DNA of 64,000 bases, taken from the NCBI GenBank assembly GCA_965217895.1, contig CBDCJV010000002.1, positions 4,608,001 to 4,672,000 on the forward strand, given 5' to 3'. Source of the stretch: Waterburya sp. (GTDB taxonomy: Bacteria > Cyanobacteriota > Cyanobacteriia > Cyanobacteriales > Xenococcaceae). Below the pieces are notes generated by a model that saw nothing but the letters and a program-made list of their open reading frames with translations, was not told the DNA's origin and searched no databases. Of the stretch, positions 1 to 10,682 are shown piece after piece. The position numbers and the translations under genes are program-made. Within the stretch, counting starts at the first letter, position 1; every line of letters starts with the position of its first letter.

Positions 1-439
1 TTAATGCTGCATCCTGTCTATTTTTGCGCCAGCCACTAACCAAATCATAGCCTTCATTTAACTTAGCCAGCAGCATCGGAATATCGGCAGGATCGTTTTG
101 CAAATCGCCGTCTAAAGTTACAATGACTTTTCCCTTTGCCAACCCAAATCCTGCTGCCATCGCTGGAGTTTGACCATAGTTACGCCGTAAAATTACCGCT
201 TTTAAATCAACACGTTTTTGTGCCAAGTTGGTTAATACCTGAGTTGAACCATCTTTTGAGCCATCGTCCACACAAATTATTTCGTAGCTCAATTGAGTTT
301 CTCTGACAGAATTGGCGATCGCTTTTACTAATGCTTCTACACTCTCAGCTTCATTATAAATCGGCACAACAACTGATAAATCTAGCTGGGATGAATCTAA
401 AACGTTAGCAATACGGTTTTCTATAGATGGAGATGGCAT
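1..439 (-). CDS. Glycosyltransferase family 2 (ArnC/DPM-like), 3' end runs off the window
   Basis: Manual translation from ATG at 439: DLSVVVPIYNE, ICVDDGSKDGS, RRNYGQTPAMAAG, TLDGDLQNDPADIP, GYDLVSGWRKNRQD. Confidence 0.9.
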   Translation of the reverse strand, partial: MPSPSIENRIANVLDSSQLDLSVVVPIYNEAESVEALVKAIANSVRETQLSYEIICVDDGSKDGSTQVLTNLAQKRVDLKAVILRRNYGQTPAMAAGFGLAKGKVIVTLDGDLQNDPADIPMLLAKLNEGYDLVSGWRKNRQDAAL

Positions 440-542
440 AGCAAAATTTAGCTTAGAAACAATGAAAATAAATAACTTTATATATGTCTCATAGATTATC
501 CAGTATTGAATAGCTCTTGTCACTAAATCAATTTTATTTTAT

Positions 543-981
543 ACGTCCAGCGTGAATTAGGTCTACCGCAATTAATTAGTGAAAACTTTTATAATAAAAG
601 ATGTTCAATAATTTGCTTTAGGAATAATTGTCACTCTGTAAATTAGGGCAATAAATTTAGTCTGTGAAACAAATATTGTAGCTACACTCTTATACGGAAG
701 GGGTCTGGGGAAAGTCGTCACGTCCCCAGCAGGCGAGCGACCCCCTAAAGGGTTCAACAGTTTGCTCAACGGGGGGAACCCCCGCAACGCAACTGTCTCA
801 CCGCGTCGCCGTCAGGCGCAAGCGTCCGACACGAGGGCATCCTAAACGGGAAGCCACGCGGACTTGGGAACGCGCGAGATTGGGGTAGTAGTGGAAAGTT
901 CCCCCAGGAATAAATCCTGGTTTTCACAGACCAATTTCATTTAGAAGCGAGAATAAGCATTTTTTAATTCACATTAGGCGG
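543..981. mobile_element. MITE with TIR ACGTCYARYGTGAATT...AATTCACATTRGGCG and a GC-rich core carrying nested micro-repeats
   Basis: Same termini as 3531-3825; core 693-908 is the reverse complement of 3604-3670 but split by about 150 bp of extra repeats. Confidence 0.65.
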
Positions 982-1090
982 TTTATATCCAATGGTTCGG
1001 ACAAAATTCAATTGTTAACAAAATAATAGCTATCGAAGACCTTTTCGAGTAACGATAAATTAGGTTCTTTAACTGCTCTAACTGCTGATA

Positions 1091-2047
1091 TCAATACTTG
1101 ACCCTGGGATCTAAGACACCATAAACTAAGTCAGCTAATAAATTAAAGAAAACAATTAAAATACCGTAGATAAAGGTAATTGCCATCACCACAGGGGTGT
1201 CACTACGGTAGATAGATTCAATTAATAATGCGCCAATACCAGGGACGCGGAAAACTTGTTCTGTGACTAATGCACCTGTAAAAATAGTGGGAATGTCTAG
1301 AGCAATTAGCGTAACTACAGGAATTAAAGCATTCCGCAATACATGATTTTTAATTACGGCAAATTTACTCAAACCTTTTGATAAAGCGGTTGTGACATAT
1401 TCTTGCTTTAATTCATCCAAAACCGCCGAGCGAATAAAACGCATTAATATTGCTGCATGGTATAACGATAAAACAGCTATGGGCATAATTGACTGTTGGG
1501 CTTGGGTAATAAAACTTCGCCAATCTGTTACCTGTAAAGTGCTGTTAAAAATAAAAGGAAACCAGCGCAGCTTAACACTAAAAATAATGATAAAAAGTAA
1601 GCCTGTAAAAAAAGGCGGAATCGAAAAACCTAAAAAGGCGATTGTCGTGATTACCTGATCCGTCATCGAATAGCGTTTAATTGCTGAAATAATTCCTAGG
1701 GGAAAAGCAATTAATAAACCAATGATATAAGCTATCCCGACAACTAAAAGAGTAGTGGGCAAACGCTGCCATAATAGTTGCGCTACGGGACTTCGACTGT
1801 TAAAAGAATAGCCCATATCGCCATGAATAAATGAGCCAAACCACTTGAAGTAACGAATATAGGCAGGCTGGTCTAAACCCAAAGATCTACGGATATTTTC
1901 TCTCACTTCTGCTGTAATTGCGGGATTTGAAGCAAATTCTCCCAGAGGATCTCCTGGTGCTAACGTCAAAATGGTAAAAATAATCAAACTAATAGCTATG
2001 AGGGTTGGTATAGCTATCAATAATCTTTTGATAAAATATTGACCCAT
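1091..2047 (-). CDS. Peptide/nickel ABC transporter permease (DppB/OppB family)
   Basis: APGDP, LGLDQP, GDMGYS, EAA-like loop YVTTALSKGLS, C-terminal LDPRVKY. Confidence 0.9.
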   Translation of the reverse strand: MGQYFIKRLLIAIPTLIAISLIIFTILTLAPGDPLGEFASNPAITAEVRENIRRSLGLDQPAYIRYFKWFGSFIHGDMGYSFNSRSPVAQLLWQRLPTTLLVVGIAYIIGLLIAFPLGIISAIKRYSMTDQVITTIAFLGFSIPPFFTGLLFIIIFSVKLRWFPFIFNSTLQVTDWRSFITQAQQSIMPIAVLSLYHAAILMRFIRSAVLDELKQEYVTTALSKGLSKFAVIKNHVLRNALIPVVTLIALDIPTIFTGALVTEQVFRVPGIGALLIESIYRSDTPVVMAITFIYGILIVFFNLLADLVYGVLDPRVKY

Positions 2048-2059
2048 ATATTAATTATC

Positions 2060-2263
2060 GGCGTTGGTGATTTTGTGTATGATGTACAAAACGCTTAGTG
2101 TGAATTAGCTTCGCTCTAATTTACTAGTTTTTAGCTATTAGCGCGAACTGGAGTTCGCCGACTTGCCAAGGGCAAGGCGAGGCTTTCCAAAGCCTGCTAT
2201 TAGCTTTTTCAATTTAATCTCAGATATTAATGTTTAAAAATCATACCCTGATTCACCAACGCC
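2060..2263. mobile_element. MITE, TIR GGCGTTGGTGA, 8-bp target duplication TAATTATC
   Basis: GGCGTTGGTGAT...ATTCACCAACGCC with TAATTATC at 2052-2059 and 2264-2271; sister copy at 49622-49750. Confidence 0.8.
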
Positions 2264-2483
2264 TAATTATCAAGCATAAGGTAAAGTAGCGATTGTCTTG
2301 AATGTCGGTCTATTAATATTAATGTGGTTTTTTAATTAAAGCGATCGCCCTAAGCAGCAATTTGACAATAAGAATTGCTATCTAGCTAGCGGACAAAGGC
2401 GCACCTCCGCATATATGCTGACAAGCGCAAAGACGTAAAGAAATTGAAAGATGTTATCTATGATTCGATTGCTATATCAATTA

Positions 2484-2591
2484 AGTAGGTGGGCGAAATC
2501 ATTTATAAGATACAAACATTAACTTTTTGCCCTGACCTCTGACCTCTGACCTCTATCAAATCCATTTTATATTTAATTACACCTACCCACT
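2484..2591. mobile_element. MITE with AGTAGGTGGG-type termini and internal TGACCTC tandem repeats
   Basis: AGTAGGTGGGCGAAAT...ACACCTACCCACT flanked by TATCAATT on both sides; relatives at 3472-3844 and 31275-31561. Confidence 0.7.
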
Positions 2592-2598
2592 TATCAAT

Positions 2599-3261
2599 TT
2601 AGCCATTGGCTTTTTTAGCTTTAAATTCTAACAAGTTAACCTGTTTTTGCAAATCTTTATTTTCGGTTTTAAGAAAAGCAAGTTTTTTCTGCGCTCGACG
2701 AAAATGACCTTTATATGCACCCAAACTTTTATTGCTTATGCCTAATTTTTCACGACGCTTTTTCTCTTGCGTAAACTGACGCTGCAACTTTTTATAGGCT
2801 GTTTGTAATTCTTGCAAGCCACCTTTGCATTCGGTTTTAAGTTTTTTTAATTCGCGATCGCGTGTTGCAACCATTTTATTTAAACAACTAAGTTTAACTA
2901 ACATTTGTCGATCATAATTATTATCTTTCACTTTATCAATTAAGCCCTGATAACTATTATGTATCCATTCGTGTTGAGCTTTAAAAGCCCTTCTAGTAAC
3001 TTCGTATTTAATCGTATTTAAAACTGCTTCTTTATAAATTCCTTTGTGTTTAGCTTTAATTTCAATTAATAGTCGGTCGTAATTAGTAGCGTTATGGCGG
3101 AGACTATCACAATTAGCTTCAATATACTTGACGCGATCGCCTGTATTAGAATCAACAATATGGGCATCTGCACCCTCTCCCCGCGGAGGATGGCAGACAA
3201 TACGATCTTTCCAACTTTGAATAACTTCTTGCAGAGTAAATTGTTGAGTATCAATATTCAT
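2599..3261 (-). CDS. Hypothetical protein, unknown N-terminal domain plus coiled coil; paralog of 11460-12260
   Basis: 220-aa ORF; about 65 of 99 N-terminal residues identical to the paralog by manual alignment. Confidence 0.8.
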   Translation of the reverse strand: MNIDTQQFTLQEVIQSWKDRIVCHPPRGEGADAHIVDSNTGDRVKYIEANCDSLRHNATNYDRLLIEIKAKHKGIYKEAVLNTIKYEVTRRAFKAQHEWIHNSYQGLIDKVKDNNYDRQMLVKLSCLNKMVATRDRELKKLKTECKGGLQELQTAYKKLQRQFTQEKKRREKLGISNKSLGAYKGHFRRAQKKLAFLKTENKDLQKQVNLLEFKAKKANG

Positions 3262-3471
3262 TTGTAATTAAACCAATAATAGTTAATAAAAATAAAACTA
3301 AGACTAATTTTTGAAAACAGGACAAAAAGTTGTGACAATTAAGAATAAATAAAGCTCGATTGTCACAGCAGGCTTCGCCCGTTGGTCAGTATCAATTATT
3401 TAGTCACGTCAGTTTTAACAAGCAAACTTTAAATACGCCACCGTAATTAACCTGAGCGTCCAAATTAGTTA

Positions 3472-3844
3472 AGTAGGTGGGTAAAATTAATTAGAATTAC
3501 TATAAAATCTTGCTTATTCGGCTATATATTACGTCTAATGTGAATTAAAGAAACTGATTTTTCTATTTTTATTCAAAATTTGTCTGTAAAAACCAAAATA
3601 TAATACTGGGGGAACTTTCCCCCAGACCCCCTGTTGGGGACGTAACGACCCTCCCCAAACCCCTTCCGTAAACATTAATCATGATTTCACTCATCAGTTA
3701 ATTTCTAATTATCTTAGATGAAGAATTGAATCTGCTTAAGTTAGGTTCTCAGAAAAATCTTTATTTCTCTGAAAATATTGGACTTTTTATAAGCTGATAG
3801 TCAAAAAGTCAATTCACATTGGCGTATATTTAATTCTGCCTACT
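3472..3844. mobile_element. AGTAGGTGGG-type MITE containing a second MITE (3531-3825)
   Basis: Outer AGTAGGTGGGTAAAATTAA...TTAATTCTGCCTACT; inner ACGTCTAATGTGAATT...AATTCACATTGGCGT. Confidence 0.65.
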
Positions 3845-3863
3845 TATTTAAGCCAGCAACGCC

Positions 3864-6128
3864 TTAAATTCTATCGATGGTGCAGTGCATAATTGTGACG
3901 GTTCTCACAATTTGATTTAGCTCAGTGGCGATTGGCGTATGTGTTCGGACTGCCTGCAAAGTAGGCGTTGCCGTAACGGGATATGTGGCAATCTCAGAGA
4001 TGCGAGTGGTGTGTAGTTCATTAATGCGATCGCAAATAGCCGAGAGATATTTATCCAAGGGTGGTAAGGGCTGAAGCTTTTGCCCTCCATTGAGCGTATC
4101 GGCTAGATTATTTAATACCTGCTCGATTGCGTCGGTCAAATGTTCGACCCCAGCAAGTCGATCTGCGCCGTTAACTTTTTTTGTATGTTCGCTCAGAGTA
4201 GTCACTGAGATAAACAAGCTACGGGTATACATCATCAGTGTTATGACCGGCTCAATCTCGCCTCGAACATGACGGGGTTCACTAAATAATCTTTGGGCAG
4301 CGGCTTCGGCGTTAGCATTTTCTAAGGCTGCCTGATGACGTAATCGAGGCAGAGAACTTTCAACAGCTCCATCTTCTGCGTGTAAGTATTCATCGATTAC
4401 GACTTGAAAATAAGCTAAATTAGCTCTAATGGTTCGTTCTAGCTGCGCGGGAAGCCGTTGCCGTTCCCAGCTAGGAAAAAGTAGATAGCTGCCCAAAAGT
4501 GCTAGTAAACCTCCAATTAAACTATCAGCAATTCTGACAATTCCCAGTTGCCAGTTGCCGACTCCAAAAGCGTTGAGTAGTAGGATAATTATAGGCGTGA
4601 GCAGCGTAATAAAAAGGCTGTAGCTAAGAGAACGCAAAGATACAGCAGTAAACATCAGTAGCAAAATTAATAGGGCAATCTCGACAGGATTGTGGATCAG
4701 CACCGCTAAAACAATGCCGAGCATACCGCCAACAAAAGTGCCGAGAACTCTTTGCACTGTCCTCTGAAAAGTTCCTCCAAAGTTAGGCTTTAGGGCAATT
4801 AGGGCGGTCAGGGTAATCCAATAGCCTTTAGGTATGGGTGATACATAGGCAATTAACTGGGCGATCGCTACCACTGCTGCTAGGCGTAAAGCATGACGTA
4901 AAGTAACCGAGCGAAAAGTGAAGTTGCTTTTAATTGTATCTAACCAAGAAAAAGGTTCTGGCTGTGTTAAAAAGAATTTTGATCTGGTATGGCTTAAGGT
5001 CAAATCTGTGGCGATTTTTGCATCAACATGAATCTGCTCCGATAGTTCGACTAAGCTGGTTACTATCTTGCGCAGATTGACTAAACCTGCATATTCATCA
5101 GCCTGAATTTCAATCGCTTGCTCATAAACCTGATGGCGTAATCTTTGCCATTGATACTCTAGGGCTTCTATGCCCCGCTCCAAATCTTCTAAAGGTATAA
5201 ATTTTCGGTTTTTCTTGAGGGCAGTCGAAAATCTTTGTAAACTGACAGCAATTTGTTCTGTTACCTGCTCTATTTCTGATTGTAAGTAATTGAATAAAGG
5301 ATTTCGTAAGGCGATCGCCTTGAGTTCTACTAAAGCAACTAAAGAATTGATAGTTTGATTAGCACCTTCAATTGACCCCAGTAGTTGATTTCCTCTAGGA
5401 CTGTCTGCTTTTTCCCTAGTCCAAACCGATGTCCAAATACTACGGGCAGAAGCTAAATTTTGAGTTACTGTATCTTGTGCCTGTAAGAATTGTTTGATCC
5501 AGTCTTCTTGCTTTGGTGAAAAAGATGTTCTTTCACCTGCCAAATAAGCCAGCTTGCTCAAAGCCAAATAGCAATCGGCAACTGCCTGTACCACAGGTGT
5601 GTGTGGACGCACTATCCACAAAGCTGAAGATAATGCCATTGCCCAGAGTCCGCCAGCAAAGCAAAGCAAGCATTGTTCGAGTATCGTAGCTAGATTGGGA
5701 AATGAAGAAAATCTAGCCAAGGCGATCACAAACATGATCGAAGTAGCAAAGCTAGCCCCTGTCATTGCCGACCCAAACAGACTAGCTAAACCAAGCAAAA
5801 AAATGACTACGAAAGTGATGACAATAGTTAGCCAAAAGCTACCGCTCACCAAATTGGCGATTAGCAAAGCAAGGGTGATACCAACCGTTGCAATTCCCCT
5901 TGCCGTAACTTGATGACGATAAGTTCCGCTTACGGGGACTATTTCAACCGAGAAAGCTGCAATTGTTGGGATGACACCGATCTTTGGCTGACCTAGAATA
6001 AACCCAACTGCAAGAGGACCACCTAATACTAAAAGCATCCAAGCTCCACGAATGAAATCAGGCTTGCCTGGATTGATTGGAAACTGCCGCTGCAACCAGT
6101 TGAGAAGACCTTGATTTTGAGAAGGCAT
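3864..6128 (-). CDS. FUSC family (YccS/YhfK-like) membrane protein
   Basis: Two TM blocks; RHALRLA, GYWITLT..LKP, QRVLGT..G, RIADSLIGG motifs. Confidence 0.85.
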   Translation of the reverse strand: MPSQNQGLLNWLQRQFPINPGKPDFIRGAWMLLVLGGPLAVGFILGQPKIGVIPTIAAFSVEIVPVSGTYRHQVTARGIATVGITLALLIANLVSGSFWLTIVITFVVIFLLGLASLFGSAMTGASFATSIMFVIALARFSSFPNLATILEQCLLCFAGGLWAMALSSALWIVRPHTPVVQAVADCYLALSKLAYLAGERTSFSPKQEDWIKQFLQAQDTVTQNLASARSIWTSVWTREKADSPRGNQLLGSIEGANQTINSLVALVELKAIALRNPLFNYLQSEIEQVTEQIAVSLQRFSTALKKNRKFIPLEDLERGIEALEYQWQRLRHQVYEQAIEIQADEYAGLVNLRKIVTSLVELSEQIHVDAKIATDLTLSHTRSKFFLTQPEPFSWLDTIKSNFTFRSVTLRHALRLAAVVAIAQLIAYVSPIPKGYWITLTALIALKPNFGGTFQRTVQRVLGTFVGGMLGIVLAVLIHNPVEIALLILLLMFTAVSLRSLSYSLFITLLTPIIILLLNAFGVGNWQLGIVRIADSLIGGLLALLGSYLLFPSWERQRLPAQLERTIRANLAYFQVVIDEYLHAEDGAVESSLPRLRHQAALENANAEAAAQRLFSEPRHVRGEIEPVITLMMYTRSLFISVTTLSEHTKKVNGADRLAGVEHLTDAIEQVLNNLADTLNGGQKLQPLPPLDKYLSAICDRINELHTTRISEIATYPVTATPTLQAVRTHTPIATELNQIVRTVTIMHCTIDRI

Positions 6129-6155
6129 AGCTAGGCAGAAATTTCCCTAATTATA

Positions 6156-6632
6156 TTAAACACCCAGATCTTCCATAGCTAAACGAATTTGCTCAATCCG
6201 TCGGCGGTTGACTCCTAAATCTGACTCTCCTACCCGTGCAGCAGATCTGACTTGAATCACGTTTTCGTCTTCAGGAAAATAAAATTCGGCATCATCCACA
6301 AATTTAAAAATACGGCTGGTAGATTCAGCATGAATATAATTATCTGAATCTTCGATAACTTCGGTACGAGGAACGACAGATAATACTTTTAATAAAGTTT
6401 CTTTAGCCGTAGCGCGATCGCTATTATAAGCAATAGGCTTAACTGCGTGTTTCTCATCACCATCTTGACTGACAACACAATTAGGCGAACTAGGACAAGC
6501 AGCTAAATGACCATCATCTAAGCCAATGGCTGCCAAAGCCGAGGCAGTAAAGATTAAACTGCTAGATAGGGTAATAATAATACCAATGATAATTGAGATA
6601 AAACCAGACACAATCAATTCACTCTCTAACAA
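6156..6632 (-). CDS. DUF1499 family protein
   Basis: CPSSPNCVVSQ, FKFVDDAEF, RSAARVGESDLGVNRRRIE; start uncertain. Confidence 0.9.
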   Translation of the reverse strand: MLESELIVSGFISIIIGIIITLSSSLIFTASALAAIGLDDGHLAACPSSPNCVVSQDGDEKHAVKPIAYNSDRATAKETLLKVLSVVPRTEVIEDSDNYIHAESTSRIFKFVDDAEFYFPEDENVIQVRSAARVGESDLGVNRRRIEQIRLAMEDLGV

Positions 6633-6798
6633 AATACTCTTTTACTATAGATTGATTCTTAACTTTTATTAGGCTATTTGCAACGATATGGGTCAAATTA
6701 GTAAATAGTAATCGGCGATCGCATAACCAAAATTAGATTTGGCTTCTTGTCTGCAAAATAAGCTAACATTCTATGGGAATTGTTACATTACAGAGTTT

Positions 6799-8193
6799 AT
6801 GCCTAAAGGCGAAATTATTGGATTAGGAAGATCGGGAATTGCTGCTGCAAGATTACTAAATAAAGACGGTTGGCAAGTCACTCTAGTAGATTCGGCAACA
6901 GAAGAACAGATCGCTTCTAGATCTAACGCGCTTCAACTACAAGCAGCACAACAAAAGTTGATCGCCGAAGGAGTTAGAGTTCAGCTAAATAGCAGTCTGA
7001 CTCTAGAATCTTCAGATGCAGCAGATCTAATCGTCGTTAGCCCTGGTGTCCCCTGGGATACCTCCAGCTTAGCCAAAGCCAGAAAACAGGGTATCGAAAC
7101 TATTGGCGAAATTGAATTGGCTTGGCGTTATTTAAATAAGATTCCTTGGGTTGGTATTACGGGAACTAACGGCAAAACTACAACTACAGCTTTGATTGCA
7201 GCAATATTTCAGGCTGCGGGTTTCAATGCCCCTGCCTGTGGCAACATTGGCAATGCTGCTTGTGAATTAGCAATTCAAAACTTTGATGCTGCTAACTCCA
7301 AAGCTTTTGATTGGATTATTGCTGAATTAAGCAGTTATCAAATTGAATCCACTGTGGAATTAACACCGCAAATCGCTGTTTTTACTACCTTCACTGCCGA
7401 TCATCTCGATCGCCATAAAACTTTAGAGAATTATTATCAAATCAAAGCTTCTCTACTTCGTCGCTGTAAGCAAAAAATTATCAATGGAGACGATCGCTTT
7501 TTAGAACAGGCAGGATTAGAATTGGGTAAAGATGTTATCTGGACAAGTGTTAAAGGCAAAGATACTTTCCGAGATCATCGCCGTTTAGAAGTCTATCTTG
7601 AAGATGGTTGGATTGTAGCCTTTGGCGAACTTATTGCCCCTGTATCCCTGTTTAAAATGCCAGGGAAGCATAATCTACAAAATCTCTTGGTAGCTGTAGC
7701 AGCAGCAAAATTGGCGGGAATTGAAAAAAAGGCGATTGCTCAGGCTATAACTTCTTTTCCTGGAGTGGAACATCGCCTCGAATATATTTGCACCCATCAA
7801 GGAATTAAATTTATCAACGACAGCAAAGCCACAAACTACGATGCAGCAGAGGTAGGTTTAAACTCTCTTAATGCACCTGTAATTTTGATTGCAGGTGGGC
7901 AAGCCAAAACAGGAGATGATACAGCTTGGATTGATATCATTAAAGCTAAGGCTGCTACAGTAATGCTTATTGGCGAAGCAGCACCAGCTTTCGCCAAAAG
8001 ATTGAGAGATCGCAATTATCATAATTATCAAATCGTCGAAACTATGGAAAATGCGGTAAATCAAAGTATTACCCTAGCTCAAAAGCAACAGGCAAAGGTT
8101 GTTTTACTTTCTCCCGCCTGCGCTAGCTTCGATCAATATCTTAGCTTTGAGGCAAGAGGGGATCATTTTCGGCAATTGTGTTTAGCATTATAA
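6799..8193 (+). CDS. murD: UDP-N-acetylmuramoyl-L-alanine--D-glutamate ligase
   Basis: GLGRSG, VSPGVP, GITGTNGKTTT, NDSKATN, LLSPACASFDQY; ATG at 6799 preferred over TTG at 6739. Confidence 0.95.
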   Translation: MPKGEIIGLGRSGIAAARLLNKDGWQVTLVDSATEEQIASRSNALQLQAAQQKLIAEGVRVQLNSSLTLESSDAADLIVVSPGVPWDTSSLAKARKQGIETIGEIELAWRYLNKIPWVGITGTNGKTTTTALIAAIFQAAGFNAPACGNIGNAACELAIQNFDAANSKAFDWIIAELSSYQIESTVELTPQIAVFTTFTADHLDRHKTLENYYQIKASLLRRCKQKIINGDDRFLEQAGLELGKDVIWTSVKGKDTFRDHRRLEVYLEDGWIVAFGELIAPVSLFKMPGKHNLQNLLVAVAAAKLAGIEKKAIAQAITSFPGVEHRLEYICTHQGIKFINDSKATNYDAAEVGLNSLNAPVILIAGGQAKTGDDTAWIDIIKAKAATVMLIGEAAPAFAKRLRDRNYHNYQIVETMENAVNQSITLAQKQQAKVVLLSPACASFDQYLSFEARGDHFRQLCLAL

Positions 8194-8365
8194 AAAGTAA
8201 AGAAATAAACCCTTGCTAATTACCAAAAGCGTACTGTTAATTAAAGATTCATCAACAAACGCGGAATGGTTTTGATCGTTGATAATTCCTAGTTTCTTAA
8301 AAGTTACTAATTGCTACAAACTAATAAATTCGAGCAAAGCTAATTTATATCAAGCGTAATTAATT

Positions 8366-9910
8366 ATGAACAATCAAGATCATGCCGTAACTATTTCGCC
8401 AATGGACGAATACAATCAGCAGTTGCTGGCTAACGTTCATCCCTCAGATTGGGCAAACCCTAAACCCGTAGATTGTTATGATTTGGTTGTGATTGGTGCA
8501 GGTACAGCAGGATTAGTCACAGCCAAAGGTGCAGCAGGGTTAGATATTGGTTTAAAAGTGGCAATGATCGAAAAAAACCTGATGGGTGGAGATTGTTTAA
8601 ATGTAGGCTGTGTACCCTCAAAGTGCCTAATTCGCTCTTCTCGTGTGGTAGCAAATATCAAAGAGTCCCTGCCTTATGGAGTTAAACCTCCAGAAAACAT
8701 TGAGGTTGATTTCCCTAAAGTAATGGCAAGGATGCGTCAGGTAAGAACTAAGATTAGTCCAGTTGATTCGGCTGTAGCAGCAAAAAAAGCAGGAGTTGAT
8801 GTTTTTTTTGGGGAAGCAAATTTTACTAGCAAGAATACTATTGCCGTAAATGGGCAAACCCTTAAGTTTAAAAAAGCGGTAATTGCCTCAGGTGCAAGGG
8901 CAGTAAAACCAAAGATCGAAGGGATAGAAGAAGTCGGCTATTTGACTAATGAAAATGTTTTTTCCCTCACAGCCTTACCCAAAAGGCTAGCGGTAATTGG
9001 TGGAGGTCCAATTGGTTGTGAATTAGCTCAGGCTTTTCATCGTTTGGGCAGTGAAGTCATTTTGTTTCATAAAGGTTCTCATTTACTCGATAAAGAAGAT
9101 ACAGACGCAGCAGAAATAGTACAACAGGCATTTGTCCAAGAAGGTATACGCTTAGTTTTAAACTGCCAACTACAGGGAGTTAAGCAAAGTGCAGAAGGAA
9201 AAGTGATTAGCTTTAAAGGTGACGGTGAACCCGAATCAATTGTAGTCGATCAAATTTTGGCTGGTGCAGGTAGGCAGCCTAATGTGGAAAGTTTGCATTT
9301 AGAGGCAGTGGGAGTAGAATACGATCCCCGCAAAGGAGTAAAGGTAAATGACAGTTTACAAACTAGCAACTCCAAAATTTATGCTGCGGGAGATATTTGT
9401 ATGAATTGGAAATTTACCCATGCTGCCGATGCTGCTGCGCGAATTGTGATTAAAAATACGCTGTTTTCTCCCTTTGGTTTGGGCAAATCAAAACTTAGTG
9501 ATTTAACTATGCCTTGGGTAACTTATACCGATCCTGAAATTGCTCACGTAGGAATGTATGAATCGGAGGCACAGGCAAGAGAAATTAACTGCAATACCAT
9601 TAAAATTAACTTTGATGAAGTCGATCGCGCCTTGGCAGATGGCGAAACCGAAGGCTTTCTAAAAATTCTCCACAAACAAGGTTCAGACGAAATTTTAGGA
9701 GCAACTATAGTCGCCCCTCACGGTGGAGAAATGATTAGTGAGATTACTACGGCGATGATTGGCAAAATGGGCTTGAGCAAGCTGGCTACAGTCATTCATC
9801 CTTATCCCACTCAAGCAAGTGCTATTAAACAAGCTGCTGATACTTATCGTCGAACCTTATTAACTGAGAGAACTAAAAAGTTGTTAAGCTTTTTGAGCAA
9901 ATTATCTTGA
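8366..9910 (+). CDS. Class I pyridine nucleotide-disulfide oxidoreductase (mercuric reductase/dihydrolipoamide dehydrogenase-like)
   Basis: GAGTAG, GGDCLNVGCVPSK redox dithiol, GGGPIG, HPYPT; no C-terminal Cys-Cys of true MerA. Confidence 0.85.
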   Translation: MNNQDHAVTISPMDEYNQQLLANVHPSDWANPKPVDCYDLVVIGAGTAGLVTAKGAAGLDIGLKVAMIEKNLMGGDCLNVGCVPSKCLIRSSRVVANIKESLPYGVKPPENIEVDFPKVMARMRQVRTKISPVDSAVAAKKAGVDVFFGEANFTSKNTIAVNGQTLKFKKAVIASGARAVKPKIEGIEEVGYLTNENVFSLTALPKRLAVIGGGPIGCELAQAFHRLGSEVILFHKGSHLLDKEDTDAAEIVQQAFVQEGIRLVLNCQLQGVKQSAEGKVISFKGDGEPESIVVDQILAGAGRQPNVESLHLEAVGVEYDPRKGVKVNDSLQTSNSKIYAAGDICMNWKFTHAADAAARIVIKNTLFSPFGLGKSKLSDLTMPWVTYTDPEIAHVGMYESEAQAREINCNTIKINFDEVDRALADGETEGFLKILHKQGSDEILGATIVAPHGGEMISEITTAMIGKMGLSKLATVIHPYPTQASAIKQAADTYRRTLLTERTKKLLSFLSKLS

Positions 9911-9967
9911 CCAACGTTTAAAGATTAGTTATTTATTGGTGTGCATTGAGAGCAATTTTTAATTTGA

Positions 9968-10588
9968 ATGTGTTTTTGTATGCCAATGAGCAAAAATGAC
10001 CAAATAAACATAGAGCCTGATTTATATCTTGAAGAAAAATCTTTAGTCGATCTGCGCACCTATGACCTTTCTAACTTTGAGCGAGGTAGATCGACCTGGG
10101 TTGTAATACTATGGTGGCTAGTGCAGGCGATCGCTTTTCCTCTAAGTCTTCATAGCTTCAACGTTTTTCGCTGTTTTTTATTGCGTCTTTTTGGGGCAAA
10201 AATAGGCAAAGGTGTAGTGATTCGCCCTACCGCTCGTTTTACTTATCCTTGGAAAGTAGAAATTGGTGATTATAGCTGGGTTGGCGATGACGTTGTGTTT
10301 TACAGCGTAGATCGGATCGTAGTTGGCTCTCACTGTGTTATTTCTCAAAAATCCTATCTTTGTACTGGTAGCCACGACATCCAAGATAAATCATTTGCTC
10401 TAATTACCGCACCCATCACAATTGGTAATGGTGTTTGGGTAGCTACCGATTGTTTTATTGCTGCGGGTATAAATATCGGTTCAAATAGCGTTGTTGGCGC
10501 AAGAAGTAGCGTCATGAAGAGCATTCCTGCTAGAAAAGTTGCTTGGGGAAGTCCCTGCATTGCTCATTATTCTAGAACAATTACTTAG
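9968..10588 (+). CDS. hpsU: WcaF/HpsU-like polysaccharide O-acetyltransferase
   Basis: LLRLFGAKIGKGVVIRP, YPWKVEIGD, YLCTGSHD, hexapeptide repeats; start may be 9980 or 9986. Confidence 0.8.
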   Translation: MCFCMPMSKNDQINIEPDLYLEEKSLVDLRTYDLSNFERGRSTWVVILWWLVQAIAFPLSLHSFNVFRCFLLRLFGAKIGKGVVIRPTARFTYPWKVEIGDYSWVGDDVVFYSVDRIVVGSHCVISQKSYLCTGSHDIQDKSFALITAPITIGNGVWVATDCFIAAGINIGSNSVVGARSSVMKSIPARKVAWGSPCIAHYSRTIT

Positions 10589-10682
10589 AAAATTAGATAT
10601 AAATACCCTTGAGCAACATCAGGTTTTAAAGTTATACCTAATATTAAGCTCTTAGTTATGATAACCAACCAAAACGCAATTA

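Noticed and set aside
605..787. Short ORFs over repeat mosaics (also 17486-17677, 28036-28261, 42185-42582)
   Set aside because: They are translations of GC-rich repeats with no protein-like features.
8366..9910. True mercuric reductase merA
   Set aside because: No C-terminal Cys-Cys, no NmerA domain and no mer operon.
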